A DNA stretch of 64,000 nucleotides, taken from IMG/VR virus record IMGVR_UViG_3300017766_004476, positions 12,413-76,412 of that record; one strand, written 5' to 3'. The position numbers were made by a program, and so were the translations under genes. Numbering within the stretch: the first letter of the stretch is position 1; the number at the start of each line of letters is the position of its first letter. The notes under the pieces are model-generated. The model was not told the DNA's origin. It searched no databases and saw nothing but the letters and a program-made list of their open reading frames with translations. Positions 16,716 through 26,770 of this stretch are shown one piece after another. Source of the DNA: a virus (lineage: Duplodnaviria > Heunggongvirae > Uroviricota > Caudoviricetes).

Positions 16716-17093
16716 TTAATCCTCTAATACCCACATTTCTTCCTTTGAAATATAGTCACTCTTTTCGAAAGGAGAATTGTAAAGGGGATGGGTTGGTGAG
16801 AGAATAAATGACCCACCTAAGTCTTTAACCTGTACATATCCCCAATGAGGCTCCATACAATCACTCTCAATCATTTTACGCGCAAAATATTCCGGATCTT
16901 CTTGCTCCTTTTTGTCTCCCTCCGCGCGCAGATACTCCGTAGTTGAGTTGAACTGATGATTGTGCTCTAAATCTATAATACCTGCAAGATGTTCTCCAGG
17001 TACCTCAATAATCTCTTCAATGACTTCATTAAAAAGATCTGTAGAGCAATCAATACAGTATCTTATTACTCTGAAAGATTGTATATTCTTCAT
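16716..17093 (-). CDS. hypothetical protein (125 aa)
   Basis: ORF. CTAAATAAAC motif 38 nt upstream. Confidence 0.5.
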   Translation of the reverse strand: MKNIQSFRVIRYCIDCSTDLFNEVIEEIIEVPGEHLAGIIDLEHNHQFNSTTEYLRAEGDKKEQEDPEYFARKMIESDCMEPHWGYVQVKDLGGSFILSPTHPLYNSPFEKSDYISKEEMWVLED

Positions 17094-17132
17094 AAAGAAA
17101 TATTATACACACTCACAATTTAACACAAATGT

Positions 17133-17441
17133 TTATTTAGCTTTTTCTCTTACCATTATTGGATTACCGCACTCATCAGGCATTAGCTTAAATCCTAATG
17201 ATTGGTAGAAGGCAATAAGCTTTTCTGCGCTTATGGCAGACCTCAGCGGAATAGCAAGGAGCTTACATCTTGGAGGAAAGAACTCCTGAGCGAGCTTGCG
17301 TCCCCACCCTATCTTTCGATACGGCTCTGCAATCTCAAAGTAACTAATCCAAAAATAACCATCTGGAGTAGTAAATCCTTTTATTACCCCGAGCCTTCCC
17401 TTGTAGAGGAAGACCATATCTTTAGAGTAGTTCTTAATCAT
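17133..17441 (-). CDS. small GNAT-like protein? (RKIGWGRKL resembles acetyl-CoA motif R-x-x-G-x-G)
   Basis: Weak single motif. Confidence 0.4.
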   Translation of the reverse strand: MIKNYSKDMVFLYKGRLGVIKGFTTPDGYFWISYFEIAEPYRKIGWGRKLAQEFFPPRCKLLAIPLRSAISAEKLIAFYQSLGFKLMPDECGNPIMVREKAK

Positions 17442-17833
17442 TAACAGAATTTATTGCGGATATTTGCCACATACACTTGCCCTGCTTCAGACAATTGATT
17501 GATTCCCCAATACTTGTCCGCATCATGAAGCTTTTGGATGTTTGCCAAGAATGGTACACCCAAAGCTTGAATGTGTTCAGGAAGTGCATTCCACAATTCT
17601 TTTTGCGTCTCATCATTTGTTGTGTCTATGAAAAAATGAAACGCAAGATTCTCAAAAGACGTCTTATACTTATCATCCGGGATATAGCGACCGATTGCGC
17701 ACTTATTACCCGTAGGTGAGCGATAAAAGCATCCAATTTTATCTACAACTGTAGCACGCCGATTTGTATCTGCAGAGTAGAATGCAATAGTTTCATCAAG
17801 AAACTCTTTCCGTTGTTCTTCGATAGTCTTCAT
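17441..17833 (-). CDS. hypothetical protein (130 aa)
   Basis: ORF. Confidence 0.5.
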   Translation of the reverse strand: MKTIEEQRKEFLDETIAFYSADTNRRATVVDKIGCFYRSPTGNKCAIGRYIPDDKYKTSFENLAFHFFIDTTNDETQKELWNALPEHIQALGVPFLANIQKLHDADKYWGINQLSEAGQVYVANIRNKFC

Positions 17834-17840
17834 ATTTTTG

Positions 17841-18308
17841 TTAGAATAAAGCTTTTGAGATAAGAGATTTGAGAGATATCAACTGATCCCGATTAAAAAG
17901 AATTCCTTTACCCTCACCGTAGATGTAGAAATGAGTTTTTTCTACATCTAGAGAGACTCTTGCTCGGTGAATGCTCATTCCATCTATGTCCCCCCTCTCA
18001 TAAGAGAAGTACATATGGAATTCTGCATCAGGACCAAAGGGACTATACACTAAAGTATCAGGAGTGTTTTCCAACCCGTCTGCTACCCAGATTCCAATAT
18101 GGGAATCTACAATAGATATGTAGATTTCAGGATAATCCCAGTACCCAACTGTTTTAAACACTTGAGTGATGGTTTTTAAATCACCGCTACCAAACCGAAA
18201 CCCTGTCTCCATCAATTTTCTTACTACAGTCCGTATCTCTTCACGGTGCTCAGGAGTGCCAGGCGTGTTTCTAAAAGTTATAGTACACAGTCTCTTTTTC
18301 ATACACAC
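17841..18308 (-). CDS. hypothetical protein (155 aa)
   Basis: ORF. Confidence 0.5.
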   Translation of the reverse strand: MCMKKRLCTITFRNTPGTPEHREEIRTVVRKLMETGFRFGSGDLKTITQVFKTVGYWDYPEIYISIVDSHIGIWVADGLENTPDTLVYSPFGPDAEFHMYFSYERGDIDGMSIHRARVSLDVEKTHFYIYGEGKGILFNRDQLISLKSLISKALF

Positions 18309-18351
18309 ATTTTAAATGATTGCTTGTAGTTACTCAAACAATCATTTAGAA

Positions 18352-18822
18352 TTATTTGTTGAGGGAGTAGACATCGTTGTTAACCCGATTTATCCATGCA
18401 TTTCTATTACCTGGAACAGTTTCAGGCCAAAGAGTTACTTCAATTGACCCATCTCCCTCTTCTGCAAAGAGATTAAAGTTGAGCCGAATACTATTGTTGG
18501 TACAGACTGCTACAACTCGTCCAATTCGAGTATGAAGCAGTGACATTTCCGAAAGAATAGTTGTGGTAACAATATCTCCCTCAGCAAGATTTGTACCAAT
18601 GTCCTGTACGGTGAGTCCTGTTAGAGGGTAGGATTGAGGGCAACATTCAGTGACAAGAACCTCTATAAAGTATTCTCCTTCTTGAACCGTAAATTCAGCA
18701 CGAGTTTTAAATTTACGGTCTGTAGGAAAGGATGATTCAAAGGATATGAATCCGGGATTATCTGCATTACCATCTTGCAGATAATCATACCACTTTTTAA
18801 TATATGGTAGAAGCTTCGCCAT
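18352..18822 (-). CDS. hypothetical protein (156 aa)
   Basis: ORF. Confidence 0.5.
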   Translation of the reverse strand: MAKLLPYIKKWYDYLQDGNADNPGFISFESSFPTDRKFKTRAEFTVQEGEYFIEVLVTECCPQSYPLTGLTVQDIGTNLAEGDIVTTTILSEMSLLHTRIGRVVAVCTNNSIRLNFNLFAEEGDGSIEVTLWPETVPGNRNAWINRVNNDVYSLNK

Positions 18823-19204
18823 TACAGAGCCTCGGTCTTGAAACAGCGCGATAGAACTGTCCCATGACCAATCTCGTTAATTGACCGTGTATTGACCTGA
18901 AGGAGGAAAACCGTTGGTTGTGCATTCATAAAGTGTTTTATTTAAATTACACAAAGAGAATAAAACATTTTATATGTTAACGCAACGCTTTTTTTAGCTC
19001 TATAAAGTCTTTATTCCTTTAGGAAAGTATTGAAGATCAGGACAACTTTCATACTGGAAGGCCCATTCAGGACCGAAATTACTAAACATAACTTCAGTAG
19101 GGTCTTCAGCAGTTATAACCAGAATGGTATCCTTATCTAAGGTCGTACCATTAGGAAGGTCATGCCGATGAGATTGACCGAACGTAAAGTATCGGGTAAT
19201 TGTT

Positions 19205-19516
19205 TTAGAAGTCTGCATCTTTTAAGAGCCACTGCTTGGTGGAGTTGAATTTACTAATTGCTAATTGCTTGAGATCATTACCGAACTGGATGGTAGTTGC
19301 CTTGAGCTTACCTCTCCGAGCTAAATTGAATATGTTAATAAGCCAAATACCTAAAATTATAAAGATGTAGAGCGGGCCTAATATCCACCCCAGAATGACA
19401 TTATAATTTCGATGTTTAATACCCCATGAGGATTTACTCACCTCTAAAATTAAAAGGCCAGAAAGAACCCAGAGTATTATAACGACCGGAAAGAAAAATT
19501 TGATAGCATCAACCAT
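19205..19516 (-). CDS. small membrane protein (2-3 TM helices)
   Basis: Hydrophobic segments. Confidence 0.45.
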   Translation of the reverse strand: MVDAIKFFFPVVIILWVLSGLLILEVSKSSWGIKHRNYNVILGWILGPLYIFIILGIWLINIFNLARRGKLKATTIQFGNDLKQLAISKFNSTKQWLLKDADF

Positions 19517-19856
19517 AAATGCCTTGCTCTCCCATAATTTTTAGAATACGATCACGAGATTCCTGATCGTGCTCTGCATCAATACGAGCAGTTGAATGTT
19601 GAAGAATAAATCCTTTGCAATACTTCTTATTCGGTGTCCAGGAAAAGCCCCAAATTTCAAGATGAATGTTGAGATGCTTCTGAATATAGTAAATCAGCTC
19701 CTTTGCAACATCTTCCCACTCTGCTTTGCTCATGGCGCCTGCAGAGACTCTGACAGTATTACCTGTAAAGGTACTGGCAACCTTATAATTATCCATTTGA
19801 TGTACTAGATACTTTCTAGTAACTCTTTCAATTACACTGTCAATATCTTTACGCAT
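19509..19856 (-). CDS. hypothetical protein (115 aa)
   Basis: ORF. Confidence 0.5.
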   Translation of the reverse strand: MRKDIDSVIERVTRKYLVHQMDNYKVASTFTGNTVRVSAGAMSKAEWEDVAKELIYYIQKHLNIHLEIWGFSWTPNKKYCKGFILQHSTARIDAEHDQESRDRILKIMGEQGIYG

Positions 19857-19895
19857 TGATAAGATTATATGAACATTTTAAGTAAACTCAATTAC

Positions 19896-20591
19896 TCATT
19901 TAGTTAGTTCACACACCCACTTACGCCTTAACAAAGGGTACTTTTTAAGCTCAGTCACGAGTTTATATTTATTATTAGGTTGAAGTTGTAAATGCCATAC
20001 TTCACCATTACGCGGATTTGCAAGATATTCGAATTCAGTTACAGTTAGATGAAACCACTTCATAATAATTAAGCGGTTAGTCATCCCATGACCTACGAGT
20101 CCTAAATTCTCAGGAAAGTCATCCTTTTCAAAATCTCGATGAAGCGTCTCGAGTACATCGCTGGCCCGATCATAGACATCTGCACATGATTCACCTCCAT
20201 CAAATCGATAATAAAAGTGGCCATAATCATCGCGTTGGGATTGGATATCTTCATCTCGTGCATATCCTCCTATCTTTCCATTCCATTCCTGTTCCCGCAT
20301 CCGCGGCTCTTCTCTAATCCATTTCTTAGGAGTATAAACCAGAGTCTTGAGAATCTCTTGTGCTGTCTGAATAGTACGGAAGTAAGGAGAGTAATAGATT
20401 GCTGTGGTGAGATTGGTGGGTGTGTCACTATTCGCTAATATTTTAAAGATTTCTTTACCAGCTTGGAAAGCTTGTTGTTTACCGTAAGGAGTAAGGTTAA
20501 CTGCATAATCAGGCTTCTCCTGATATATGGAGTGGTCTACATTGCCCTCAGATTGACCATGACGGATTAAAAAGATATTACGGGGTTTCAT
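19896..20591 (-). CDS. histidine phosphatase superfamily (phosphoglycerate-mutase-like) protein
   Basis: N-terminal LIRHGQSEGN (RHG catalytic motif). Confidence 0.75.
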   Translation of the reverse strand: MKPRNIFLIRHGQSEGNVDHSIYQEKPDYAVNLTPYGKQQAFQAGKEIFKILANSDTPTNLTTAIYYSPYFRTIQTAQEILKTLVYTPKKWIREEPRMREQEWNGKIGGYARDEDIQSQRDDYGHFYYRFDGGESCADVYDRASDVLETLHRDFEKDDFPENLGLVGHGMTNRLIIMKWFHLTVTEFEYLANPRNGEVWHLQLQPNNKYKLVTELKKYPLLRRKWVCELTK

Positions 20592-20799
20592 ACTTCCTTC
20601 TCAAGATAGGTTGCCATTTAACACTTACTATAGAGACTTCACCTACATCATTAGTCTTATAGGTTGCGATTGCTTCATAACCTTTGAGAGATTGCTTAGT
20701 TAAAGCTCTTTCAGCAGTGATGGTCCCACATATCAACCCTGTAAAGAATATTAAAATTGCGCCTACTACTAAAGTAGCATTTTCAGCTTGTTTATTCAT
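20578..20799 (-). CDS. small protein with N-terminal TM helix
   Basis: ORF, hydrophobic N-terminus. Confidence 0.4.
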   Translation of the reverse strand: MNKQAENATLVVGAILIFFTGLICGTITAERALTKQSLKGYEAIATYKTNDVGEVSIVSVKWQPILRRKYETP

Positions 20800-21042
20800 A
20801 TAAAGGGATTCTTAATGGGTTGGAGTACTTTAATCTTCTTCCAATCAATCTCAGGAAGGAGGACGCGATCACAAAAATCAGGACCCTTTAATTCATAAAC
20901 TGAAATAAATGGTTCATGGTTATGAGCACAGAAAACGTCCCATATTTCACAATCACCGTAGGTTATCTGTGTATCCTTCTGACGCCAGAGCTTTCTGAGC
21001 AGTTTAATCTTCTTAATGTTCGGATCAATGTTCTTAGGCATA

Positions 21043-21432
21043 TTAACCTCTCAATTTGGCATATGCCGCGTTTAATTTTTCGAGAATATCGATCGGAAAC
21101 TCTGCACATCCCACCTTGATCGACTCCTTAGTGACCGATGCAGTGTATTTGCCGTTAAGCACTACAGAGATGCTCTGCAACGCATACTTATCAGTATCAG
21201 AAAAGAATTCTTCGAACGTAATAGTTGTATGTGAAGAGAAGCTGTGAGGATTGCCTCCCCAATGTTTCAAGTAAGGTTTAATCACTAACCAATGATACTC
21301 ACTGTAATGTACGAGATAATTTGCGGCATTAAAACCGTTTGATGATTTGAAGCCGCGGCTTTCCAAGAAGTTTACGATTGCCTGTACCCCCGCAGCACTC
21401 TTACAATCGATTTGATAAATTGTTTCTTTCAT
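21043..21432 (-). CDS. hypothetical protein (129 aa)
   Basis: ORF. Confidence 0.5.
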   Translation of the reverse strand: MKETIYQIDCKSAAGVQAIVNFLESRGFKSSNGFNAANYLVHYSEYHWLVIKPYLKHWGGNPHSFSSHTTITFEEFFSDTDKYALQSISVVLNGKYTASVTKESIKVGCAEFPIDILEKLNAAYAKLRG

Positions 21433-21482
21433 ATAATGTATAATAGTGAAATGATAAAGTAATTCAAAGTCTTTCTTAGAAA

Positions 21483-21746
21483 TTACTCTTTAAAGTTAGG
21501 AGACTCTCCACAGAAGGCCATGAGTACCTCCAATAGAAGTCTATCTGATGCAGTCGGCTTTTCTATACCTGCTTCGATTATTCTTATCCGTTGCTTTAAT
21601 TCTATCATTACTTCTTTTAATTCAGCGCGGGGGTATTCGATAAAGCCGTATGGAACATTAAGCCTTAGAATAGCATTATCAGGATGTCCACTAGTAAAAT
21701 AATGAGAGGGTTCTGTCAAAACTCTTTCCATGTCATCTATTTTCAT
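21483..21746 (-). CDS. hypothetical protein (~87 aa)
   Basis: Start at an internal Met so the CTAAATGAT motif lies upstream. Confidence 0.45.
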   Translation of the reverse strand: MKIDDMERVLTEPSHYFTSGHPDNAILRLNVPYGFIEYPRAELKEVMIELKQRIRIIEAGIEKPTASDRLLLEVLMAFCGESPNFKE

Positions 21747-21913
21747 AATATTATTACACCTTATAGGTATAATCATTTAGAACCTATGAGGCCTTTGTTC
21801 TAAATGAGTTTTATTTCATTCATGATGTGTGATAGTGTTTTTAAATTGTGCTACTTAGATCAAATTCTCTATTTTTCACTATTAGACGTGTAGAGTGTAC
21901 CTAAAAAAGAAAG

Positions 21914-22027
21914 TGCCGGTGGAGGGATTCGAACTTAGCTTGTACTTCGCTACCGCTGCTCGTGCACGAGCCAGCGCCTCTCTACCTAGTTTATCAAACT
22001 AGCGCTCTGCCATTAAGCTACACCGGA
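21914..22027 (-). tRNA. tRNA-Ile(GAU)-like gene interrupted by a ~42-nt palindromic insertion inside the T-stem
   Basis: Acceptor, D-arm (GCTT/AATGGCA/GAGC), anticodon arm (CTAGT-TTGATAA-ACTAG) and T-loop TTCGAAT are canonical. An extra 21935-21976 segment (contains GCTCGTGCACGAGC) separates the T-stem 5' half from the loop. Confidence 0.5.
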
Positions 22028-22039
22028 AATTGTTACTTA

Positions 22040-22309
22040 TTACTTAATCATTGTCGCCAATGCAGCAGTAACACTGGCAATCAGGAACCCAACTAAATAG
22101 GTAATACCGCCCGCAATGCCCATGCAGAAGATGCGCACGATGCCCCATGCTACTTCCGTAGAGGAAACGGGGGTCTGGTTTGCTGCATCGATAATCTGGA
22201 CAATACCCTTCCATAGACATTCATAGAAGGAGACATAAATACCTCCACAGATGGTTGCTACAACTAAGAGGGCTGCGACAATGTAGAGGAGAATTTTGAT
22301 AATAATCAT
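22040..22309 (-). CDS. small membrane protein (89 aa)
   Basis: Hydrophobic. Confidence 0.45.
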   Translation of the reverse strand: MIIIKILLYIVAALLVVATICGGIYVSFYECLWKGIVQIIDAANQTPVSSTEVAWGIVRIFCMGIAGGITYLVGFLIASVTAALATMIK

Positions 22310-22360
22310 ATTTTGATAATAATGGTACGTTTTAGTTATTCAAATACAAATTTAGTAAAA

Positions 22361-22441
22361 TGGTGGGCCGTGCCGGCAATCGTCCCGGCTATCTTTCGAT
22401 TATGAGTCGAGTGCTTATACAAAGATTTAAGCTTCCGGCCC
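22361..22441 (-). ncRNA. tRNA-like element with CAU anticodon loop and encoded ACCA end, but non-canonical D- and T-loops
   Basis: GGGCCGG/ACGGCCC acceptor (6/7 bp), CTCATAA anticodon loop (U33, CAU, A37), 3' ACCA. Lacks G18G19 and T54Ψ55. Might be only terminator hairpins. Confidence 0.25.
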
Positions 22442-22446
22442 GGAAA

Positions 22447-22947
22447 TTATTCGTCTTTACCTTTTAAGGGAAACTCTCCATCATTAGCTATGATATGCTG
22501 CATAATGAGCTTCAATCGTTCGTTAGCAGGTCCTGAGAACATACCGATATATGAGCGTGAAATCACTGCATTTTGATGCCAACTATCTGATCGGCATTCA
22601 AATGCTGATTCCATATTGTCAAGCATCTCAGTAGGAAATGCATCGAGGAGTGATTTGGGGTAACGATAACCACACTTTTCAATATCATAAAACTTACCTA
22701 CATCCCAAAATGAAGCCTCAAACTCATTAAACCGCTTAACCCATGCCACAAAGATTGACCCCTTTGCACAAACCTGACATGTATTCTTTTTAAGTTCTTC
22801 TCGATTTACTTTATGAGACTCTTCGACTTCTTTCATTTTAAATGAAAGAAACGTTGCTGGTAAAGCAACAATTTCCTGTGCTTCTAATTGTGCAAGTACA
22901 TCCTGTGCAATTAGAATTCTGAGCTGTTTTGCTTCTAGAGGTGTCAT
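22447..22947 (-). CDS. hypothetical protein (166 aa)
   Basis: ORF. Confidence 0.5.
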   Translation of the reverse strand: MTPLEAKQLRILIAQDVLAQLEAQEIVALPATFLSFKMKEVEESHKVNREELKKNTCQVCAKGSIFVAWVKRFNEFEASFWDVGKFYDIEKCGYRYPKSLLDAFPTEMLDNMESAFECRSDSWHQNAVISRSYIGMFSGPANERLKLIMQHIIANDGEFPLKGKDE

Positions 22948-22959
22948 ATTTGTAAATTT

Positions 22960-23304
22960 TTAAATCTGACGCAACCACTTAAACTCGAGAGTTATCGGGA
23001 GTTGTGGTAACAACGCTCTCCGAGTTCCGCCATTTCGTAATCCGAACGGATGCGTTACTTCTGAGCTCGTAATTTTTTTACAGAGCTTAGAGTTATTTAC
23101 CGCATACTGTTGATTATCGAGATTGACTACATCCCAACCGACACCTACACGGATGTTCTCATCTTGTACATATTCCGCTACTGCTTGAGCAAGTACACAC
23201 TGCTGACAAAATTCGATATCTTTTGAAGCATCCTGAGCTGCATCTTCTGCCATCTTGAGATGCGTTTCAGTTACTACTACGATAAATGATTCTCTTTTTC
23301 TCAT
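22960..23304 (-). CDS. hypothetical protein (114 aa)
   Basis: ORF. CTAAATAAAC 43 nt upstream. Confidence 0.45.
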   Translation of the reverse strand: MRKRESFIVVVTETHLKMAEDAAQDASKDIEFCQQCVLAQAVAEYVQDENIRVGVGWDVVNLDNQQYAVNNSKLCKKITSSEVTHPFGLRNGGTRRALLPQLPITLEFKWLRQI

Positions 23305-23352
23305 ATAACTGTGTGTAATATAAATCTTTTTATAGAATGCTCAATGGTTTAT

Positions 23353-23805
23353 TTAGAGTATCTCTTCGATAAGCCAGGCGATTTCTTCAAACGTCGCACC
23401 ATTATCATTTAAATCAGCGAGATTATTATATCCGTGAAGACCTTTTGGGCTGTTAAACAAGATATCTACGTTCAAAAGTCCAGAGCATTCAAGAATATTG
23501 CTCACATTCGGAATTCCTGCAGGGAGATAATTTGCAGATTCCGTCATATCTGGTGAGGAGAATTTGTAATATTCAAGGTCTTTTGTATGACACTCAACCA
23601 ACTTCTTGTTCAGATTCAGAACATTACACAACACTCCAAGACAGCAGCACTCATTATCTACTCTTTCGAGCTTCCCCTTCCCTTGCTGATATTCACCTGA
23701 GCGCAAAGCTTCCAACCACGTTTGCTTCAGCTCTGGGTCTAAACGTTTGCGGTTTACATCTAAGGTACTATCTTCATATGAAACCCGTTCAAATTCTTTT
23801 CTCAT
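23353..23805 (-). CDS. hypothetical protein (150 aa)
   Basis: ORF. Confidence 0.5.
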   Translation of the reverse strand: MRKEFERVSYEDSTLDVNRKRLDPELKQTWLEALRSGEYQQGKGKLERVDNECCCLGVLCNVLNLNKKLVECHTKDLEYYKFSSPDMTESANYLPAGIPNVSNILECSGLLNVDILFNSPKGLHGYNNLADLNDNGATFEEIAWLIEEIL

Positions 23806-24135
23806 ATTGATATAATAACAGATTCTCTTAAGGTAAACAATTACTTATTTTGATTTCTTTATCTTTAATGATAGAGGGGAAATAGACTATAACCTGCAAT
23901 CCCATACTATCCTGAGATGATTTGCGCAATCCCTTTAATGCACAGAGCTCGATAACTTCTGTTGCATCGTTACAAACAATACCGGGACATTGACGACCGA
24001 ACATCCCCCGACCGCTGTAATCTCTATAAACCGTTCCATTAACTTCCTGAGCGACATCTTCGAGGATTTTTAATGCTTGTGCGTATGTTTTCATTTATCG
24101 TTAATGTGTGTAATATAAATGCTTTTTAAGACATT

Positions 24136-24705
24136 TCAATTACTTTTTTTGATTAGCAAATTCTTGCGCCGATTAAACTCACTCAAGAAAGATTCAAAGG
24201 AATATTGAGTTTCTTCTGCAAGCTTCTCAATAGATTTTGCAAAACACATCTTCTGTTGGGTTGTAGTTTTACCTCTGTGCTCTTCAATCATATAACCAAA
24301 TCCATCTAAAAACCAAGCAGCATCTGCAAAATCTTCAACACCTTCATCAATACCAAATTTATGATGCAAATTTAATTGAAACGCCCATACACGGCGCTCT
24401 CTTTCAATATGATACGGCTTTTGAAATTCAATAAACGTTTGCCCTAATAGATGTTGAGGACGTGGATACTTTAATCCCCATCCATCCTTAACCATTCTAC
24501 TCTCATCAATTTCTACAAAGTGGGAAATTTCGTGAAGTACATTAGATAGTGTCGCTTCGGGACCAGCCCAGGGCCCAATCTTTATTTTCTTTTTGAAAAC
24601 AGTCTGACCCTGTAACTTTGGGTCATATTCAATTGGAGCAAGGAAGTTCGTTATCCATTGAGCTTCTTTATCTGTTACTTTATTTTCATAAATCATAATA
24701 TCCAA
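24136..24705 (-). CDS. hypothetical protein with HExxH (HEISH) metallopeptidase-like motif
   Basis: Single motif. Confidence 0.45.
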   Translation of the reverse strand: MDIMIYENKVTDKEAQWITNFLAPIEYDPKLQGQTVFKKKIKIGPWAGPEATLSNVLHEISHFVEIDESRMVKDGWGLKYPRPQHLLGQTFIEFQKPYHIERERRVWAFQLNLHHKFGIDEGVEDFADAAWFLDGFGYMIEEHRGKTTTQQKMCFAKSIEKLAEETQYSFESFLSEFNRRKNLLIKKSN

Positions 24706-25183
24706 AAAAAATTAGAAATTGACATCAACCGCTAAGTATTCGACACACGCAGAGAATTACCTACTGGTGCTGCTCATCAATTTCTAAAAAATGGTACGGT
24801 CTGCGAGGACTTACACCTGCTACTATCAAGAGCTACCAATCGAGATTATCTAGAAATCTCAACAATTCACTCAAGCTGTTCTATTACTATTAAACTTAGA
24901 CCGAAAAGTGGTGAGTGAGGCAGGATTTCTACCTGCATTGCGTGCCTCTGGTTATTCACCGATACGCTACTCACCCACAAAGTTACAATCCAAATGCATT
25001 CTTAGACGCCCAGTCGTAAGCTTCATCTTTAGACAGCCCTAAAGATTCACCATACTCTGTCCAGCTCACAACTCGGTTAAAAATATTTTCAAGTGCATTC
25101 ATATCTCAACTTTCAATGTGATTAATATATGTGAAATCTATGGATGTTAAAGTGTTTATTTAGGTTAATTCGAACCCGTACAG

Positions 25184-26029
25184 TTGTTTTATAGTTTTAT
25201 AATAAATAATTGTATGAATAAAGATGAGGTACAAGAGCAAATTAATAGATTTAAGACCACAAATACTGGTAAATTTAAAAGCCTTCTATTTGATAACAAT
25301 TTGAAGCTAGTAATGTGTGAAGAGTGTAAAGTGACAGATACATATAATTCTAAACCAATAACTCTACAACTTCATCATATTGACGGAAATAATCAAAACA
25401 ATCATATTGACAATTTTCAGATATTATGCCCTAATTGTCATTCACAAACTAAAACATTTAGAGCCCCTAAAAGGGTAACAGACGATCAAATTTTAGCAGC
25501 TGCAAATAATTCTAAAACAATATCAGAAATTATTAAAAAGCTTGGAAAATATGCAAGTGGGGGTATTTATAAACGTATTGAAAAGGTTATTTTAGAGCAT
25601 AAATTGCCTATTACTAAGTATGATTATACGTCTAATAGAGCTATAGGATTTAAAAAGCCTCGAGGTAGAAAGCCTACAGGTTTGACACTAAAGACACATA
25701 TATGTAAGCATTGTAATTTAGAATTTAAACATACACACAAACGAACATATTGCTCATCAAAGTGCACCCATGATGCAGCATGTAAGTATAATATTGATGT
25801 TCAATCTGCAATTCCACTCATTAAAAAATTTGGATGGAGTCAAGCCGCAGTAAAATTAAATATCAATACAAAATGTCCTGATGTTACTCTCCGCTTAGCT
25901 GTTAAGCGCCATATAAAGTATATCGACCCAACACTTGACCTTCATGAATTATCTAAATTCAGTCATCATTCTAGATACATATATGACAAAGAAACTCGAC
26001 AGAGAATAGATAAATCTCTGTCGAGTTAA
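25184..26029 (+). mobile_element. free-standing HNH homing endonuclease (Mob-like), adjacent to a tRNA gene
   Basis: CEEC…HHIDGN…NxQILCPNCH HNH core. Sole plus-strand gene in a minus-strand block. Probable start at 25214. Confidence 0.75.
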
Positions 26030-26031
26030 CT

Positions 26032-26121
26032 TGGTACCACAGACTGGACTTGAACCAGCACACTGGGTTAAACCAGCTAGGGATTTTAAATCCCTTGCGT
26101 CTGCCATTTCGCCACTGTGGC
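26032..26121 (-). tRNA. tRNA-Leu(UAA), type II with long variable arm, CCA encoded
   Basis: Acceptor GCCACAG/CTGTGGT, anticodon loop TTTAAAA, variable hairpin CTGG…CCAG, T-arm GCTGG-TTCAAGT-CCAGT, 3' ACCA. Confidence 0.75.
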
Positions 26122-26544
26122 AACTAAAGCCTACCACTATAGCTTTCGCTACCCTATCTCGCTATGCACAGAATCACCTTTCGGGTATCTGCTACACTCT
26201 GAGAATTAGTTTGTGGTCTGGACTATGCCTTTACCTTTTTATTGTGAACGCTCAGCACATCAAGCTGAATATGTCCAACCGTAGTAATGTTTTATCGATA
26301 TTTATTTATCGATAGCAACGAGCGTCATTCTCGTAACAACTCCGAAGAGGGTAGGTTTAACCTCTCGTTCACAATAAGTTAAGGTAGGTGATTATAGTCT
26401 CTACACGTCTCGAATTATGAGGCTATAGAATTTATCGCAATTAAGCGGCTAGACGGGGAGCCTAGCAATCGTGGTAGGTCGCTAGGCGCCTATTCTTCCA
26501 CAATCCTTTCTTCTATTATTTCTTTCACGTTTGCCTTCGATTTC

Positions 26545-26770
26545 GCTCGGCGTTGGGTTGTTGGTAGGACTTGAACCTACAATATGTGCGTCTATTCAGA
26601 GTTATATCACACAACGGCAGTCTTCGCTATATCTCTTGTAGCTACAAACTCCCAGATTTGCCATTCTCTACAACGAGCCGTTCACCGAATTTACACCTTA
26701 CTAACTACCTCTTTCGAGATAGCCGACCCTTATGAGTCTGCTGCGTCTGCCATTTCGCCACTAGCCCATT
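26545..26770 (-). other. tRNA-derived fragments: orphan T-arm/acceptor 3' half (26545-26580) and a 20-nt duplicate of the tRNA-Leu 5' region (26741-26765)
   Basis: GTAGGTTCAAGTCCTAC T-arm without a matching 5' acceptor. GTGGCGAAATGGCAGACGCA is identical to tRNA-Leu positions 7-26. Confidence 0.4.

Noticed and set aside
26545-26770. Group I intron-containing tRNA (5' half at ~26765, 3' half at ~26560)
   Set aside because: The spacing is only ~150 nt, too small for a group I intron. The putative halves do not form an acceptor stem. They are better explained as a duplicated fragment plus an orphan T-arm.
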